DNA of 61,870 bases, filler included, from Choristocarpus tenellus KU-1152 (GCA_964200185.2; 7 parts of 7 records of this genome joined end to end with filler, not necessarily neighbours in it), one strand, 5' to 3'. Shown: positions 37,251 to 51,708, counted from the whole stretch's first letter. Numbers and translations: made by a program. Notes: generated by a model from the sequence alone, not told the origin.

Positions 37251-38642
37251 ACTGGGCAAGTGAGAGTGCTTCGTAATGAGAAGATGTTGTGACTTGCGAG
37301 CCACCCTAGCAACGACTAATGATGCAACTTACATGTACAATTTGATAGTAGGAATATGAATCTTGCCAACAGTATTTCAATGCTCATCAAGGGGTATGGG
37401 ACCCTGGATCTGAAAAATCAAATGCTCCTGGCGAACACATTGAAGATACACTAAACTCAGTTGCGCTAGTGCTTGGTATTGCATACAACCTTCCCTCCTC
37501 CACACTCTATCTGCCTGACCATCTCGAGGGGTATTTATCCAAAGCATCATTGAGACCATGACCATCTCTGGTTGCATGGGATGGATCCATGTATGCAGTC
37601 AATGCCATGTGTATCCACCCAGGAGTAAATGTGCCCACAGTTTTTTTAACTCAAAATCCCCCCACATGGACATGTAAATGTTCCACTGCGCTCTGAACCA
37701 TGTTGGTGACTCTGTGCTATGATGCACAGCAGAAGAGCAGGGAGTGAAGCTGGGAGGATCCCTGGCCCATTGCAAGTGCGTTGACTGTGCCAAGGCCATC
37801 CAGTCAAAGCAACCAGTGCCCAACTCAACTACTGCGTCTGTGCAAGGGCAGCACACTTGCATCTTCATTATTCTCACCAGGTCCAGCCTAGTCCGGACCA
37901 TTAGTGGAGTTGAGTACGCACTGACCATCCTTCACAATTGCAGCTATTTTGTTTGGATATTGCTACTTGTGAGCAAGGATAGAGAGATCTGTCTTGACTC
38001 GATTTAAGGATGTGGTTTTGTCTCCAGTGGGATGAGTGCCAGATAAGTGATGCATGATCATGGGGGTGAATGGCAAGAGGAGTATTTCCAGAGACTGATA
38101 GAGGAAATATGTGCTGTACAAGAGGTGACCGCGACAGATGAACCAGTAGAAAGAGACAAAGGGATCGACATTTGGTGGTATTGGTAATGACTATGCGCTG
38201 AGTGTGTATGCAAACGCTAGCTATTATTGTGGAGAATATGATGGCTGCAGATGAGTAACTGGAGGAGGAGCTGTAATGTTCGTTGGAGGCGCCATAGTTT
38301 GGTAGGTGAAACCATGAAACGGTTTTGCGCATGACAACTCCTTCATACCCTGACTTTGAGTAAAACATGACAGATCCAAAGTGGCTTACCTTTCGATAAT
38401 GGCCCGTCCTGCCTGTATATTATATATTCCTCACCACCCAATTCGTTGTCCCATATCACCAAATATCAAAACGATATTTTGGTATGTACTTTTTGTACAA
38501 CACGCCTTCGCAAGGGCATGGAGGTTGACTTTGATATCAACACATGTTGGGGTTTGCAACAAACCTCATCTCTGACACGGAATCGACCCCCCCCTCAAGT
38601 AGACTACACTTCTGGACTTCCCCAGCATCATTCTGCAAAAAA

Positions 38643-41600
38643 ATGTCCCATCTGGTGAAACAAGGGTTGATACTTCCTTTCGTCACTTTGCTAGGGTTCC
38701 TCTGTGACTCTGATGGCTTCATGATACCGACAGTCCTGCGGAGTCCTGTTTCAATCTCTACGTCCACGCCTCGGATGATGAATGGATATTTAGATGTAAG
38801 GGATAATTAATGAGAACTGAGGTGGTATTGACTCATCGAGCTGTTTCTAGGCCATGGTGAGGCCTACGAATACTTCAGCCCGAGGTGCTGCAAGCCTGAA
38901 CCTCCACGGTTGGACACAACCAGCTAATCTGTAGTTCAGTTTCCAGGACACGACGTCCTTGTTAGAACGTGATCAGAATTTCTGTGATCCGGTTGTAATG
39001 AAATTCCACAATCTCACTTTTATGTGAACAGCGCATCTGCCTGACCTGATACGCCTTAACGACCACATGCTCGCAGGAGAAGAAGGGTGTATCAGTGACG
39101 CTCGGTGAGTACAAGGGCGGTGCAATAGAAGTTACAGTACCCCGCATGGAAGTTACCGACCAAATGGTAAGTGCAATGGGCCCCCCTTCCCCCCACTTCA
39201 GGCCCTTATTCTCCTCGAGTCCAAGAGTTACCTTCAAGATTCTCTGCTTGTTTCTGGTTTGGTTGTGTTGTAGTTGATTCCCTGTTTTCCTAACAGTACT
39301 GTGCAATTATGCATTGTGTATCCAGAAAAAGATAGTCAAAGTCCACAACCTAAGATTTGCCGTGTCTTTTCTCCCCGTATTCTTCAAGCAGATAGTAAAT
39401 CTTCACCCCAAACCCTTCTTTGCTTTCGGACATTCCTACCTTGACCTTGGTTTGTGGCAGGTTGAGGCAGCCCTAGTCTCGACGAAACAACCCTACCGTT
39501 TGGTCCCAGTTCGCTTCGTGGAAGAGGGAGGAACTAAGCTAGGTCACACTGTGACCATTAATTGGGAGGCCAAGGCATGTGCTGTCCCTGGTGACAATAA
39601 CGTCCACCATGCAGATATCCAATATCTTCCTCTCGTCTTCCCAAGTTTTCCTTTACATTTTCAATGGAAGAGGAGAGTAGTGTAGTATATAGCTGTGTTG
39701 TTAGTGGTGGTCAAGATAAAGGCAGGGAACAAGTTGTATCTCTCATCTTTTCTGTCAAGGCTGTGTGGAATCAAGATTGTCGATTAGTCTATTTGCTAAA
39801 ATGAATGCAGCAATATGAGATACCCACAATGACAGATCGAGGTATATCTACACACTGACATGGCAGTTCTCTTTCTGCTAAAATGCCTTCCCAATCGCAC
39901 TTGCTACCCCCTCCACACATGCCCATTGATATGCTTTTGAGTTGACCTCTGATCCTGCAGGGGTTCTGCATATCTCATCCAACAATGTATCCATGCTGCA
40001 TGCACCCACCAAACTGCTACTTTCTCTACCAGTGTTACCATTTCCACTCATATCTCCCCCCAAATTTCAGGTTGATGGAACTGCTGTGCCTGGAGGTAAA
40101 GGGGAAAATTTTTTGCTGGACTTAAAGGTGTGTATTTGGGTAGATGCATCTCCACGTGGTCTACAGTATGCAGCATTGTTTTTGAACTCGATTGGAGGCA
40201 ATGTTTCATTAATTCTCAACGAGTAATAAATTAAGCAAGGATTGCATTGATGGCCTTGAAGAGAGGATTCCAAACCCGGTGTTGGCAATTGATTTCAACA
40301 AAATGAAGCAGCACTGTTTTGAATCCTGAAGTGATGTCATGCTTGTCCAAATAACACCACACCAATCATAAATGACCCCAAGGTTTTAAAACGGTGGGCT
40401 TGTCCATGTGATCAACACCCATTCTCCAGGAAAGTAATTGGATGCGGTTTATTGACAAGAGTTGTATGATTAACGGGCCATGCGCCTGCAACACAAGAGC
40501 CTCCTACTTTGGCTGTAAGATTCACCCAGCCTCCCCACCTCACTCGGTGTTTGCAGGATGTGAGATTGATTTCTCATGCAGTGCTTTTTAATATGCTAAC
40601 TTAGATAGGTCATTCATCATCCCCAGCACCAATATGGAAAGAGTCTATGCCCTGGTTATTGGAAGCATGGCATCGGGTCCTCCCACAAACGAATGCAGCT
40701 GCGTTGACAATGCCTGGTTTGGCTTGATTGATAATGCTGTGCTGATTGGGAGACATCTGTTGCTTGCTCCGGTGGATACCTCCCCGTCTATAGGAGGATC
40801 AGGAGGAGCCTTGGGTCACCTTCTCCCGAAAGATAGCTGTGGGCATGGGCCAGATGGAGACCAAGGTCTTCCCTGCTTCCTTCCCCATGAGCTTCGAGGT
40901 TTGCGCTTTTTGCTGTTGAATGGGGTTAATCCATGCGTACATACAATCACACATCGAACAGCATTTCTAGTACACTGCATACAACTCAGAAGAATACTTA
41001 AATGCCCCTGGGTTTGTTTTTTATTTTTATTTTTTGTTCTCACAGGGTTCCGACTCGTTGCACGGCTCTCTTTGAACCCCACTCTGATGTAGCTAGCCCC
41101 TTGAGAGGGGGGTAGACCAAGACCTGCACAGGCATCACCTTTTCTGAATTGATACGTACTCCTGACGCTTCAGTGCAACGGTATCATGTCTTTTTGTGTT
41201 CTGCATGGTGCAACCTACAGGTAAGCAGTCTGCAGGGGAAGACGGCTCTGGTCACAGTGGTAGTCAAAAACATCGCAAGGAAGGAGGAGAAGCCACCTGA
41301 GACTAGGAGCGATGACGAGATCCGCACTTTCCTACGCGAGAAGGCAAAGGAGACTTTCAAGGTATTGGATTGGCCGAGAGGAAAGGGTGGGGGAGGGGGG
41401 AGAGATCGTGTGGGGGTAGGCGGGGGGGCATGGTGGTCGTGGAAGGCCGCGAGGGCGAGGGTGTGTTCGGATTGGGCTGGAGGATGTAGTCACTTGTTCG
41501 TTGGTCTATTTTAGGCGGTTTGCCCGCTAGGGTTCGTAAAGGAGATTTTCGTATCGATCTTGAAGGCCGTTGGTTAGACATGGTGCAGCTTACGTGTACA

Positions 41601-42252
41601 TATCATTGTTGGTGACTGCTGGAGACCGCTGCTGAGCTTTTTTCTTTTTTTATAGTGCCGGTGACTAAGCCTGTCCACTTGTTTTTTTTTCTCAGCACAG
41701 TGAGCGTTTTGCAGTGTTCCTCACTCGAGTGAGTCATAGTAAGTAAGTAAGTAAGTAAGTAAGTAAGGGCCTTTTACTTTTGAGGCATTCGTGTACTGCT
41801 GTGATGACGCGAGTAGCTTTTTGGTGATTCAATCGAGTGTGCGATATGAACCTAGTTGATAGCGAGCGCTCACATCGAGCCTGGCCTTCCGTTGATTTTC
41901 ATTTCTCTCTCTTTTTCTTTTTTTTACTCTCCGCTCGCTGTTTCTTTTATATTCTTCTGAGGCGTCAGTACTTGTACTTTGTTATTTTGTACTCTCTGCA
42001 GTCTTGTCCTTCTTGTTTTGTTTTTTTTCTCTTTTGACCAGGTGTGTGATGCACAGCTCCCATGCAAATCAACGGACTTCTGTAAGGATTACCACGAGGC
42101 ATTTAGAACTACAAATCATTGAGCTCAGGATTACAACTATGTGTTTTTGGAGGGTCACCTCAATTACACTCCGTAGTAGTGCGGTAACAATCAGAAATGG
42201 ATATGCAGCAGCCCATGTCAAATGGAAAAAGTGAAGTGCTTGCCACTGTCCT

Positions 42253-42283
<31 letters not shown>

Positions 42284-42690
42284 GTGTTGTCGGGGGCCAC
42301 CCCCCCCACCAAAAAAAACAACACCCCCATCTCCCTGCTTTTTTTGGGCCANNNNNNNNNNGTAAAAATCCGAAATGGTTATCCAGCAGCCCTGCTAAAA
42401 TGGAAAAAGTGAAGGGCTTGCCACTGTCCCCCCCCCCCCCCCCCCTGTGCAACACTGTCTGTTCGAGAGAAGTTCCACCCACAAGACTAAAACTGTCATC
42501 TCCTACATCAGGGCTGTTGAGTGCCAACCATGCAGCATTGAATACTGAATACAATCGTAACAAAACACTCTGACAGAGTATGTATTCACACCCTGCGCTA
42601 CATGCGTTTGTGCAGATGCGAACTGATCAGTTCGTTGACGAGGCAGTGAAACAGCAGCTCCTGAAAATATGTGAGGTTGATGCAGACAAG
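38643..42690 (+). CDS. Plastid-targeted trigger-factor-like protein (FKBP-type PPIase plus start of C-domain); exons 38643-38795, 39077-39166, 39461-39574, 40071-40127, 40794-40898, 41221-41361, 42616-42690; 3' end unresolved
   Basis: All junctions phase 0. Presequence MSHLVKQGLILPFVTLLGFLCDSDG-FMIP; VTLGEYKGGAIEV..EVTDQMVEAAL; GHTVTINWEAKVDGTAVPGGKGENFLLDL; GMGQMETKVFPASFP; LQGKTALVTVVVKNI match trigger factor motifs. Confidence 0.85.
41738..41766. repeat. (GTAA)n microsatellite
   Basis: About 7 units. Confidence 0.9.
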
Positions 42691-44306
42691 GTGAGTCCAC
42701 TGGTCGTTGAAGTGCTCAATTTTAAAGAGAAGGAGATGTTGATTGTTGACAAAAATGTTGACACGTTTTGCCAAGATGCAAATTACTTAGACTACGGCCT
42801 GGTTTGCACGTTTACATCACGGCACGTCTTCTGCCGGTGCACGTGGAAGGGATCAGTCAATGCATTTTATTTTTTTTGTGGGGGGTATCATCAAGTTAGT
42901 GCAGTGAACCTGTGACAAAGAGGGTCAAAAAGAGGCACTTGCTGATGTTGACCGCATTTGCTTTCGGTTGCCGATCGCGGTTGAAGGACTTGATGGTGTA
43001 AGATCAGGTAAGACATAGCAAGAAGTGGTGGGGGGGTAAAGGGTGACCTGTCCCAGCCGTCTCAAGCAGCTCAAGAACTACTTGAATTTTTACCAAGAAT
43101 TGGGTCCATGTGTCACGTGCCTGTGTGCAGAGGTTCATTTGAGTACTCTGTTGATAGTGCTGTAACAATGCGAGGTTTTCCTGTTGTTTTCATGCCACTG
43201 ACATTGCACTGGCACCCTGTCATCTATCAAGCACGGAACTCAGTCAGAGTAGTGCTGCATGGTGGTCCAGGGAGGAAACGTGTGTCTCCAAAGTGTTGCG
43301 AATCAATATACTTGATTAGAGGCAAAGCCTGTACCCAGCAAACACTCGCGTGAAAACAGTTTTTATAAGTGAAATTGAATTGTAGTTATTCCATCTCTGT
43401 GATATGTAATACTATCTTTTCGTTAACCAGATCAACAAGAATTGTACTGGAGATATCAGGGAACTGTAGTCCCTGTACAAAGAGCTCTGTGTCATATGCC
43501 AAACACTCCGGGATGTGTGTCTTGTGGTTAAGCGATTCATTCTTGACTTCTTGAATTTGATGCTATCTGTACATGGTCTTGGGCAATGTAATCTCAACTC
43601 AGTTTCCTGGTGTGGCCTTTCCTTAGACCATGCAAGTCCCACGGCATGTTCATCATTGGGTACCAGCAAATATGTCCGGGCCCCAGGTTAGGTCCATATT
43701 ATGTTGGAATTTGGAAACGATTTGAAGCTTGTGCCATGCCTGGGAAACCTCTCTGCTATAGGTGCTTGTCTCTGTTGCTCTTGAGTATTGTGGAGCTCAT
43801 GCCTTTGAATTGTGTGACCGTGTGAGATGCCAAGAATTGCTTGGGGTACTTAATGTAATTATCTGTGAATGCGGATGTCTTGTCTTGATGCCTTGTGGCA
43901 ACTAATCTGCTATCACAAAGGTGACATTGAAAGTGAACACGAAGTATTTTACCTTCCAGTGCCGATTTTGGTGAACAGCATAATGATATTGTGTGGGACT
44001 CCTTGGTTGATCCTTTCTGAACTCGCCACAAAGACTGCACATAGGGCATGGTTTGCAGATCTCCGCATGAAATTCCTCCTCCCCACCCCCCCCCCCCTGG
44101 CAAACAACCTTTTACTACATTCAGGTGCTGAACCCTGTTTCATGGGCAAAAATTNNNNNNNNNNNNNNNNNNNNNNNNNNNNNNNNNNNNNNNNNNNNTT
44201 AATTAATTAANNNNNNNNNNNNNNNNNNNNNNNNNNNNNNNNNNNNNNNNNNNNCCTCTACACTCCACCCTCCACCTCCCCCCCTGGAAGCCGACAAAGG
44301 CCTCAC

Positions 44307-47300
44307 ATCCTCCATCTCCTCCATCTCCATTTTGGCAGTCTCCTTGGCAGCGGCAATCTGTGCACAAAAGGACCTCCTCTCTCGTTCCGCAAAAGGTGGT
44401 GCTCATCAATCTCGAGCACGAGAGATTGCTGTGAAGGCAGGATAGTTGTTTTTATCGCAGGGCAAGATAAACCAAGGCATTTGCAGAGTAGGAGAAGGGT
44501 TGGGTGGTCGGCGGAAGGGGTGATGGCAAGTGGGGTTCCGGGATATATTATAGTGGCGAGGTGGCAAAATTTTACCTAGCTTTCTTCTCTTCACTTTCAT
44601 TACTTGTGAGTTGATACAAACCATCAGTGTGTGCACCTCGTATTGTGGACACGCGCTACCAATATTTCTATGCTAAGAAGGATGAATTCAAACTTCAACT
44701 GAGAGTGGTGTTTTGAGTATGTGTGTATGATATACAACACTGAAGTCAGGATATCCTTATCACATAGAGGTTGACTCTATTCAGCCAAAGTATCTTAGAG
44801 GGTAGAGCCGCGTCCATTTGGGGGTCAAAATACGACGTTGTGATTTTGATGAAATTTTGGCTATCATGTTTGTTAGAAAGTGTCAATATCGATGTTTCGG
44901 ACACACCTTTTCATAACACACACATTTTACCTACTCCAAAACATTTTGGAGTTGGAAAATGTCATAAAAAAACCCATGGGCAGCCAAGCCCCACAATGGA
45001 CAAACAGGGAAAAAATCGCACCCTCTGAGATAGTTTCACTCATTGTAGGTCATGCACAGATGCTGTCACTGTACCATGCCTGAATAAAAACTGTAGGGTG
45101 CATAAACTGCATCAAGACCAGGTCTGTCTCCACATCACATGTGCTCAACCCCGCATCCCTTTGTAATGGACCAAAACATTGACTCAAAGAGGTGATTGCA
45201 CGTGTGCCAAGGTGGCATGTGCAAGCCTCATCTCCTCTTGTCAAGAAGTAACTGCAACTGGTCAAAAAACATTCTATTCATTCGGTCTCAATAACACAAT
45301 GACTTGATATATACTTTACAGACTTAACACGTCTGTCATTACATGATCCTTGCATCGAGGCTATCAGGTGGGGCATGAGATACCCACAACACACCACACC
45401 AGATTAAAACAAGACTGCACGTGTACGACTTCTCCCTCTTCCTCTCTCCATGCCCCTCCCATCCACCGTTTGAGCAATTGGCAACACACTAAATTCAACC
45501 ACCTTGAGCTACACAGAATATTTTATGTTTGGATGACAAACTTTACAGGATAACAATTGATCCAAGATCACCCTATACACGGCACAATCAATTCACATAG
45601 AAATCTACACACTTCCTCAAATAAATGTTCAGAGTCAACATTTAGCGCTTCATCCAAACTTGCCGTCATATATACTCCACAAACCATCCTTCCACCAGCT
45701 GACTTACCCAACCATCACATTTTTGTCTCACAGAGAAGTTGTGGAAACTCCTATTTACGCCATGAGGTTTCAGTGCCAATCCCTTGTCCTCAACGCCTCA
45801 CCTCCTTACTCGGATTACCTCCTTCTACTATGCCTCCCTCGATCCAATCTATCCAGGCGTGCTAAGACCACATATTTACTGTATGTGAATATCACCCCTA
45901 GATTATGCTGTGTTTCAAAATACACCACTGACTGCTCCGCAGCAAAGCATGACGGCATTATTATTAGCCTTCTAGTGATTGAGAACATGTATCAAATGGA
46001 GTCTCATGCCATCCTGCCACCTCCCAAACAATGATCATTTTTTTCAGGGGAATGTGCTCGTTTTCCTACTCTTACCTCAGGCAGCTCTCACGATCTCTAC
46101 CTTGCAGACTTGCGGACAAGATACAAACTATCTATATATCTAGCTAAATCTCCTGTTTCGGTAGTAATGGGGAAGTATCTTCAGTCCAAGGGGAGAACCC
46201 GTATACTTCAAAGTCAGAGTATCAAAGTATTGGGAATGGGTCTTGGGTGAGAGCTTCTTGTGTTTACCCACAACAGCGTGAGCACTACTAATGCCTGAGG
46301 TTAAAGGGCAGTTGATTTGTCACTACTGTGGCGCACTCTACTGTCCTTTGTCAAACACATGTCAAGGTAGCCCTATCTTTGTATCCTTCCTACCATTTCT
46401 CAGTCTCTCTGTAGTGGGTGTACACTTATGCCACCAATCCAAATACAAAGTGAACAAAAAACACCAACTTCTCCATTGCAACACCAGTCAAGACCAAACT
46501 CACCTTCGGATGACTACCCTACCCTCCTAGCCAACCATGCTCTGACATTTGCCTGCACTATGGTAGCTGCAGACCTCAACTCAACCAGCAGCTGCAAAGC
46601 CGCTCTCTGCCTCACCAACACCTGGTCACGGGATAGGAGTTTGGAGGAGGAGAATCGCGTGAGGGCTTGTTTGAAGTTGGGAACAATAGCAATCACTCGG
46701 GAGATGGACCCTAGACATGATGAGAAATGCTGCAAGGAGTACTCCTGTGAGATAAACCAGATCCAGTGATTTTGGACCAACCAACTACCCCAACAATCAA
46801 CACCTTTGATGTTGTCAATTCATACTACCTCACACACACTGCGATATTCAGAGGCGTCCACATCCTGGTCAATCCACACACTTCGCATTGTGATTGTGTA
46901 GTACACCCCAACCAGCGAAATATTGTTACCAATAACAATGTAAAATCGCTACAAGAACTTGCTCAGGAACGAATCTACCATCTTTTAGATTTCTCTTCTG
47001 TCAAACAGATAATCACATCACTCTCTTCTCTATGAAGAATCCTCCCAGTACCGTGGAACTCACCCTACTGGTACTTCATCTCGTTGCCCATCTCCACATA
47101 TCACTCTATAATTTCTACCTCTTCTCCCTCACATGATAACTGTCCCCTTTTCTCCTACCAAACATCCTCCAAACACAGGTCAACCACGTCCTCACTTGAC
47201 CACCTTCCCCCCCCAACAACGAGCATGCCTGTACCAATTGCCATGGGCCACCCATACCTGGATAGTGGTAGCTGCATCCTCTCTTTGTTGGGTGACTTGA

Positions 47301-49705
47301 GCTTCATGCCTGCACAAGCGAAGAGACAGTGGAATGTATGTTGCATATTGTCACCATATGCTGGATTACGTACTGGCACAACTCAGATAGAGCTGTGTTG
47401 ACAACATATCTGCCACAATTGAAACTTCTGCTCCGTCATGAACTTACACAGGCGAGTATGGTGATGGGAAAAACGCATGGCAACGTCTTAAAATCAGGAT
47501 CTGCTGTGCCACCACAGAGCAAGGCATATAGAACTGGTCTTTTCGCTCAACCCTTGACCACATACGATGCCTAAAACGTGCAACGAGATGACAAACATTG
47601 ATAAAGCCCTATCAAGAGCTCTGTCTGTTGCAGCAGCAGGTCTCTTAAGTTGGCATGTAGTAAGTTGGCATATAGCTCGCAGCATGATCAGCACATATTT
47701 TCTTCCACATACCAACACTCATACCTACATGTAGTGATGGACAGGAATTGGCTGGTGCCAAGGCAATTGGACATATCTCTGCTCAGGAGCGAGTACCCAC
47801 CAATACATCCCTGTGGTGAATCCAAAACCTCCTCTATTAGGGTATAGTAGCAAATTCTGAATACTACCTAGTATTTGAATATTCAAATTGTCTTTGTTTG
47901 CTGTCACACATACTGTTGGGCATACGGTATGCACTTTAGCAGAAATTTGAAATATGCTCAAAGCAGATACAAACACGTTTGTCTAGTTGCTTGGCACTTG
48001 ATGAAAATGGGTTTAACATGGCATTCATGGGCACTTTTACTACACTAGGCGACGCTTACCCTCTGAAAGAATCACCCCGTCCCACAACTCCTTGCGCTCC
48101 ACAAATGATCACCTCAGGGGGAAAGCAAGCATCTCACTGACTCTGTGCAACTAGCATTTCCTAAATTTGTGCTGGCCACACACATCCTTCTTGAGGATTG
48201 GAGGATGGTGACTCCCAAAAGTATGACAAGAGTGCCGTAAGGATGTAGTTGCTCTTCTGTGGGAGAATTGCTCAAAACACTCTGATGATGGTGCCCAGGT
48301 CAGCCATGCATATTTGGGATGTTTCGAGTAATTCTCCCACAGAAGAGTGACTGCATCTTTATGGTATTCTATTTCCACCTGAACATGATAAAGACCATAC
48401 CTTTCAGTGCTCAATAGTTTGTTGCGTGAAATGTATTGTGTGTGCTGTGTTGTAGGGGGGTGCAAACCATAAGGTTGGTAGCTAGGGCATGCTAGCACTG
48501 ACCAAGCCCCCTTTCGAAATATTTCCTCAGGTCCTGCTACGCACTAGTTCACAGGGGACCATATCACTCTTACTTGTCAAGAACAAAGACCTTCAGAAAC
48601 CATTCATCGTGTTGGAAAAACTTGGGCGAGGTTGTAAGCAACCACAATGTCGAAGGCTTGTTTTGTACGTGCCAAATACGATTCATGAAGGAGACATGAA
48701 GAATGGCCGCCTCTCTGAGAAGCACTATTGCCTAAGTTTTCACACGGCCGTCCCAACATCCTACTGCCATTCACCCATCCACGTGTCGACTTGCAAGCTT
48801 ACCAATTCTATATCCTGCATTGTTCAAAAAGTGTATTAGCAGCAGAACACAAGTGTTGGACTCACCGTCTCAGGGTCAGCTTCTGTCTTGCCCACACTCG
48901 CAGAAAAAAGGTTGCAGCCCTCGCAGCATGTAGATGCTGCCGTCAGGCTATTAGTTCCCTCCTCGCTGCAGCCACCCTGATCGCCCTCTGCTTGAGATTG
49001 AGAATAATGTAGAGGGTGGGATAGAGGCAATGGGACAGGATTGGGAAGTCTCCATGCAGGTTGGGGGCTAGTGTGATGACCTAGGTTGGACTTTGATGAG
49101 CATCAAAGCTGGGGTGTGGTGCTTGGAGGTTAGGGTAGTGTTGAGCACTGGAAAACAATTTGAGTGGAGGAGTAACTTGAGAAGGAGAAGGGTTGTGTCG
49201 GGATGTCTCCCTTTCCATGAGGTTACTCCAAGCCTTCAACCCAGGATACATAACCAGTGCTCCCAGTTTACCACCCTACTGTGCCATGATACATTACCCC
49301 AGGTTGCTGCCAGTGCACAAAGATGTGCACTGACAGTAGCCGCAAAGCCCCAATAGATGCACATACGTTTGATTAACGCAACAAAAAATAGTGGAATGTT
49401 TGCATTGCTCTCATGCTCCAAATCTCACCATCCATAACCTTCCCCTTCTACTCTAATGCTCCCCCCCCCTTCATACACACGCGAGACAATAGTGCGTCGA
49501 AAGAATTTTTCTACATGTACCCTTAAAAACATTACTCTAGCGTTTTAGTAGCAAATCTCACACATCATAAACTTCCACACCCACAGTGATTACCAACCAG
49601 CAATGACATGCGCAGGACTTCCTGTACCTCATCAACCACCTCAGTTATATATTTCAGTACCTGTATGATCAGAGCTGCTCTCTTCTGCTTGCGCTTCTTC
49701 CTCGA
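44307..49705 (-). CDS. Exons of an IQ (calmodulin-binding) motif protein; partial model
   Basis: AG/GT-bounded exons 46523-46621 (VLVRQRAALQLLVELRSAATIVQANVRAWLARR) and 44307-44357 (IAAAKETAKMEMEEMED); ~49661-49705 (KKRKQKRAALIIQ then GT); candidate exon ~48867-48988 contains an in-frame TGA. Confidence 0.45.
44782..45041 (+). mobile_element. MITE family A copy
   Basis: Family TIRs; TSD ATT. Confidence 0.9.
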
Positions 49706-50339
49706 TTTGTACAGAAAAAAATCATACGTGGCAAGACAGATAGAAGGGGCTGAGTAGTGCTAAGGTTCATTTAACGCTTTCCTGTATGATTCAACAAGTC
49801 AGACTTCAATTTCAGAAAGAGTGTTTCACTCTGCAGAACTATGTAGGAACAGTACAGTAGCAGAGAACTCTGTATGCCACGTGATTGGAGGAGGGTCGTA
49901 ATGGGCCAAACCTGCTCCAGAATGAATGTGCATCGAGTAGTTGTTTTTCTTATGTTGCTGGTGACAAATCGTTCATCTCCACAAGAGTTCTTGTTGCACA
50001 TTCTACTCCCATCGTGGGTATTTTCAACCTACTGTTTGGTAGTGAAATTTCCTCCACCACATGTGTGCCTAATGCTGCATAGAACTGCAGATTTCCATTC
50101 AAGTCCTAATAACTACAACGATTCTGTCAGCCATCCACCTCTGGACATCAGATGGGCAGTGTTGGGTTTAAGGGTATGTGAGGACTGCACTGTGTGAGAG
50201 GGTCATCCACAAGTATGATTTGGTATGCTGTTGTTTTTTTCTGTCCAGCTCTACAACACTATAAGTATATTGAGTGGAGGCCAAGTCAAGAAGTGAGTGG
50301 CCCATCACATCCACCAACAGGTTGTGCAAGATTTGCACT

Positions 50340-50598
50340 GAGTCAAGTAGACGAGAGGTAACCAGAGTTGCATTATAAGGATGTTGACAAATAGGAGCAA
50401 GTTGGACTCCTAAAAAATTGTGTATAGAATATTTATTAGCTGAATTGTGTCAAACATTTTTGAAAAATAGAGAAATAAGCCCCCTCAAGTAAAACTTAGA
50501 ACTTCATCAATACAAATATGGGTGAATAGCAAAAGATTCGAAAACAGGCTTAAAATGAAAAATGACCAAAACCTGGAACCTCCCCTTTACTTTGACTC
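50340..50598 (+). mobile_element. MITE family C copy
   Basis: TIRs gagtcaagtagacgagaggtaaccag / ctggaacctcccctttactttgactc; flanks ACT/ATT; internal sequence differs from family A. Confidence 0.7.
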
Positions 50599-51441
50599 AT
50601 TCATCAACCCCAACCCTAACTTCACCTATACCCGTCTCCATTCTAATGCTATAATGCTTTCCTACCTCCATATTACATCTCTTCTGCCCACATGCACATA
50701 AGTTACTGTTATTCCCCAAACATGCTATTTGACATTTTTGTTGGCAAACATGACAATCGATAACATTCACTAGAATGGTTGTATATTAAACTACCTAGTA
50801 AATTAGCATCCGAGAAATTGCTATACCTACTCACATAAAACGTGTTTTGAACAGTTTTGAAACACCAAAACAGTAGAGCAGTGTCATCGTCCACAAGTGG
50901 CTTTATCCCCGTCTGTGTCAGGGTTGCATAGCCATCGTTTTGTCCTCTTTCAGGATTCACAGGGAAATATGCTGCGTTGTCTAAGTATTTGCTTCAAAGG
51001 GGGCACGAGGTGATGTGAAAGCAGGTACTTCTCCGTGCTGCTGTTCCTACTGACTTATCTAGTCCGTCCACTAAAGATATTACTCCTTAGTTGCTGTTAT
51101 GTATCCATCTAGACCAGTCATCCAGCCGTGTCCTAGTCACTAAAGCTAGGCAGTGGCATTATGAACTCAGTACATTGTATTTCAAGTTCCCTCTGATAAT
51201 TAAGTACTACCCAAGCAATCAGTTCAACACAATTAGTGCTTGTCCTCGAGTACCTTGCAATCCCGATCCACAATTTAATACCAGTGTCTTGAAACCTACT
51301 TAATATTAAGGACTTTTAAGCGGTGATGGACCAAAGAAGACACCATGCCCAGTGGGATGCGGTATTGCATAAGGTCGTACCGCAGACTAACAACTCACTC
51401 CTAGTACTCTGCCTTGACCAAGCCCACTTCTAGTTCCCTCA

Positions 51442-51659
51442 GAGTGAAAGTATCTTAGAGGGTAGGAATTTTGCTCTATCCATTTGGAGCTTGGCTTCCC
51501 ATGGGTTTTTTTTTATGACATCTTCCTACTCCAAAATGTGTACGTTATGAAAAAGTGTGTCCGGAACAAGGATATCTACACTTCCTAACAAGGATGATAG
51601 CAAAATTGGATTTTGAACGCCAAATGGACGCGGTCCTACCCTCTAAGATACTTTGGCTC
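51442..51659 (-). mobile_element. MITE family A copy with internal deletions
   Basis: Family TIRs; TSD TCA. Confidence 0.9.
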
Positions 51660-51708
51660 TCAACTCTCACTCCATCCCGTAACATACGCACACTCTACGT
51701 GTTGTACA

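Noticed and set aside
42195-42450. Direct duplication of aatc(a/c)gaaatgg...gccactgtcc
   Set aside because: It flanks a 10-N gap with low-quality poly-C sequence, so it is probably an overlapping contig-end artefact.
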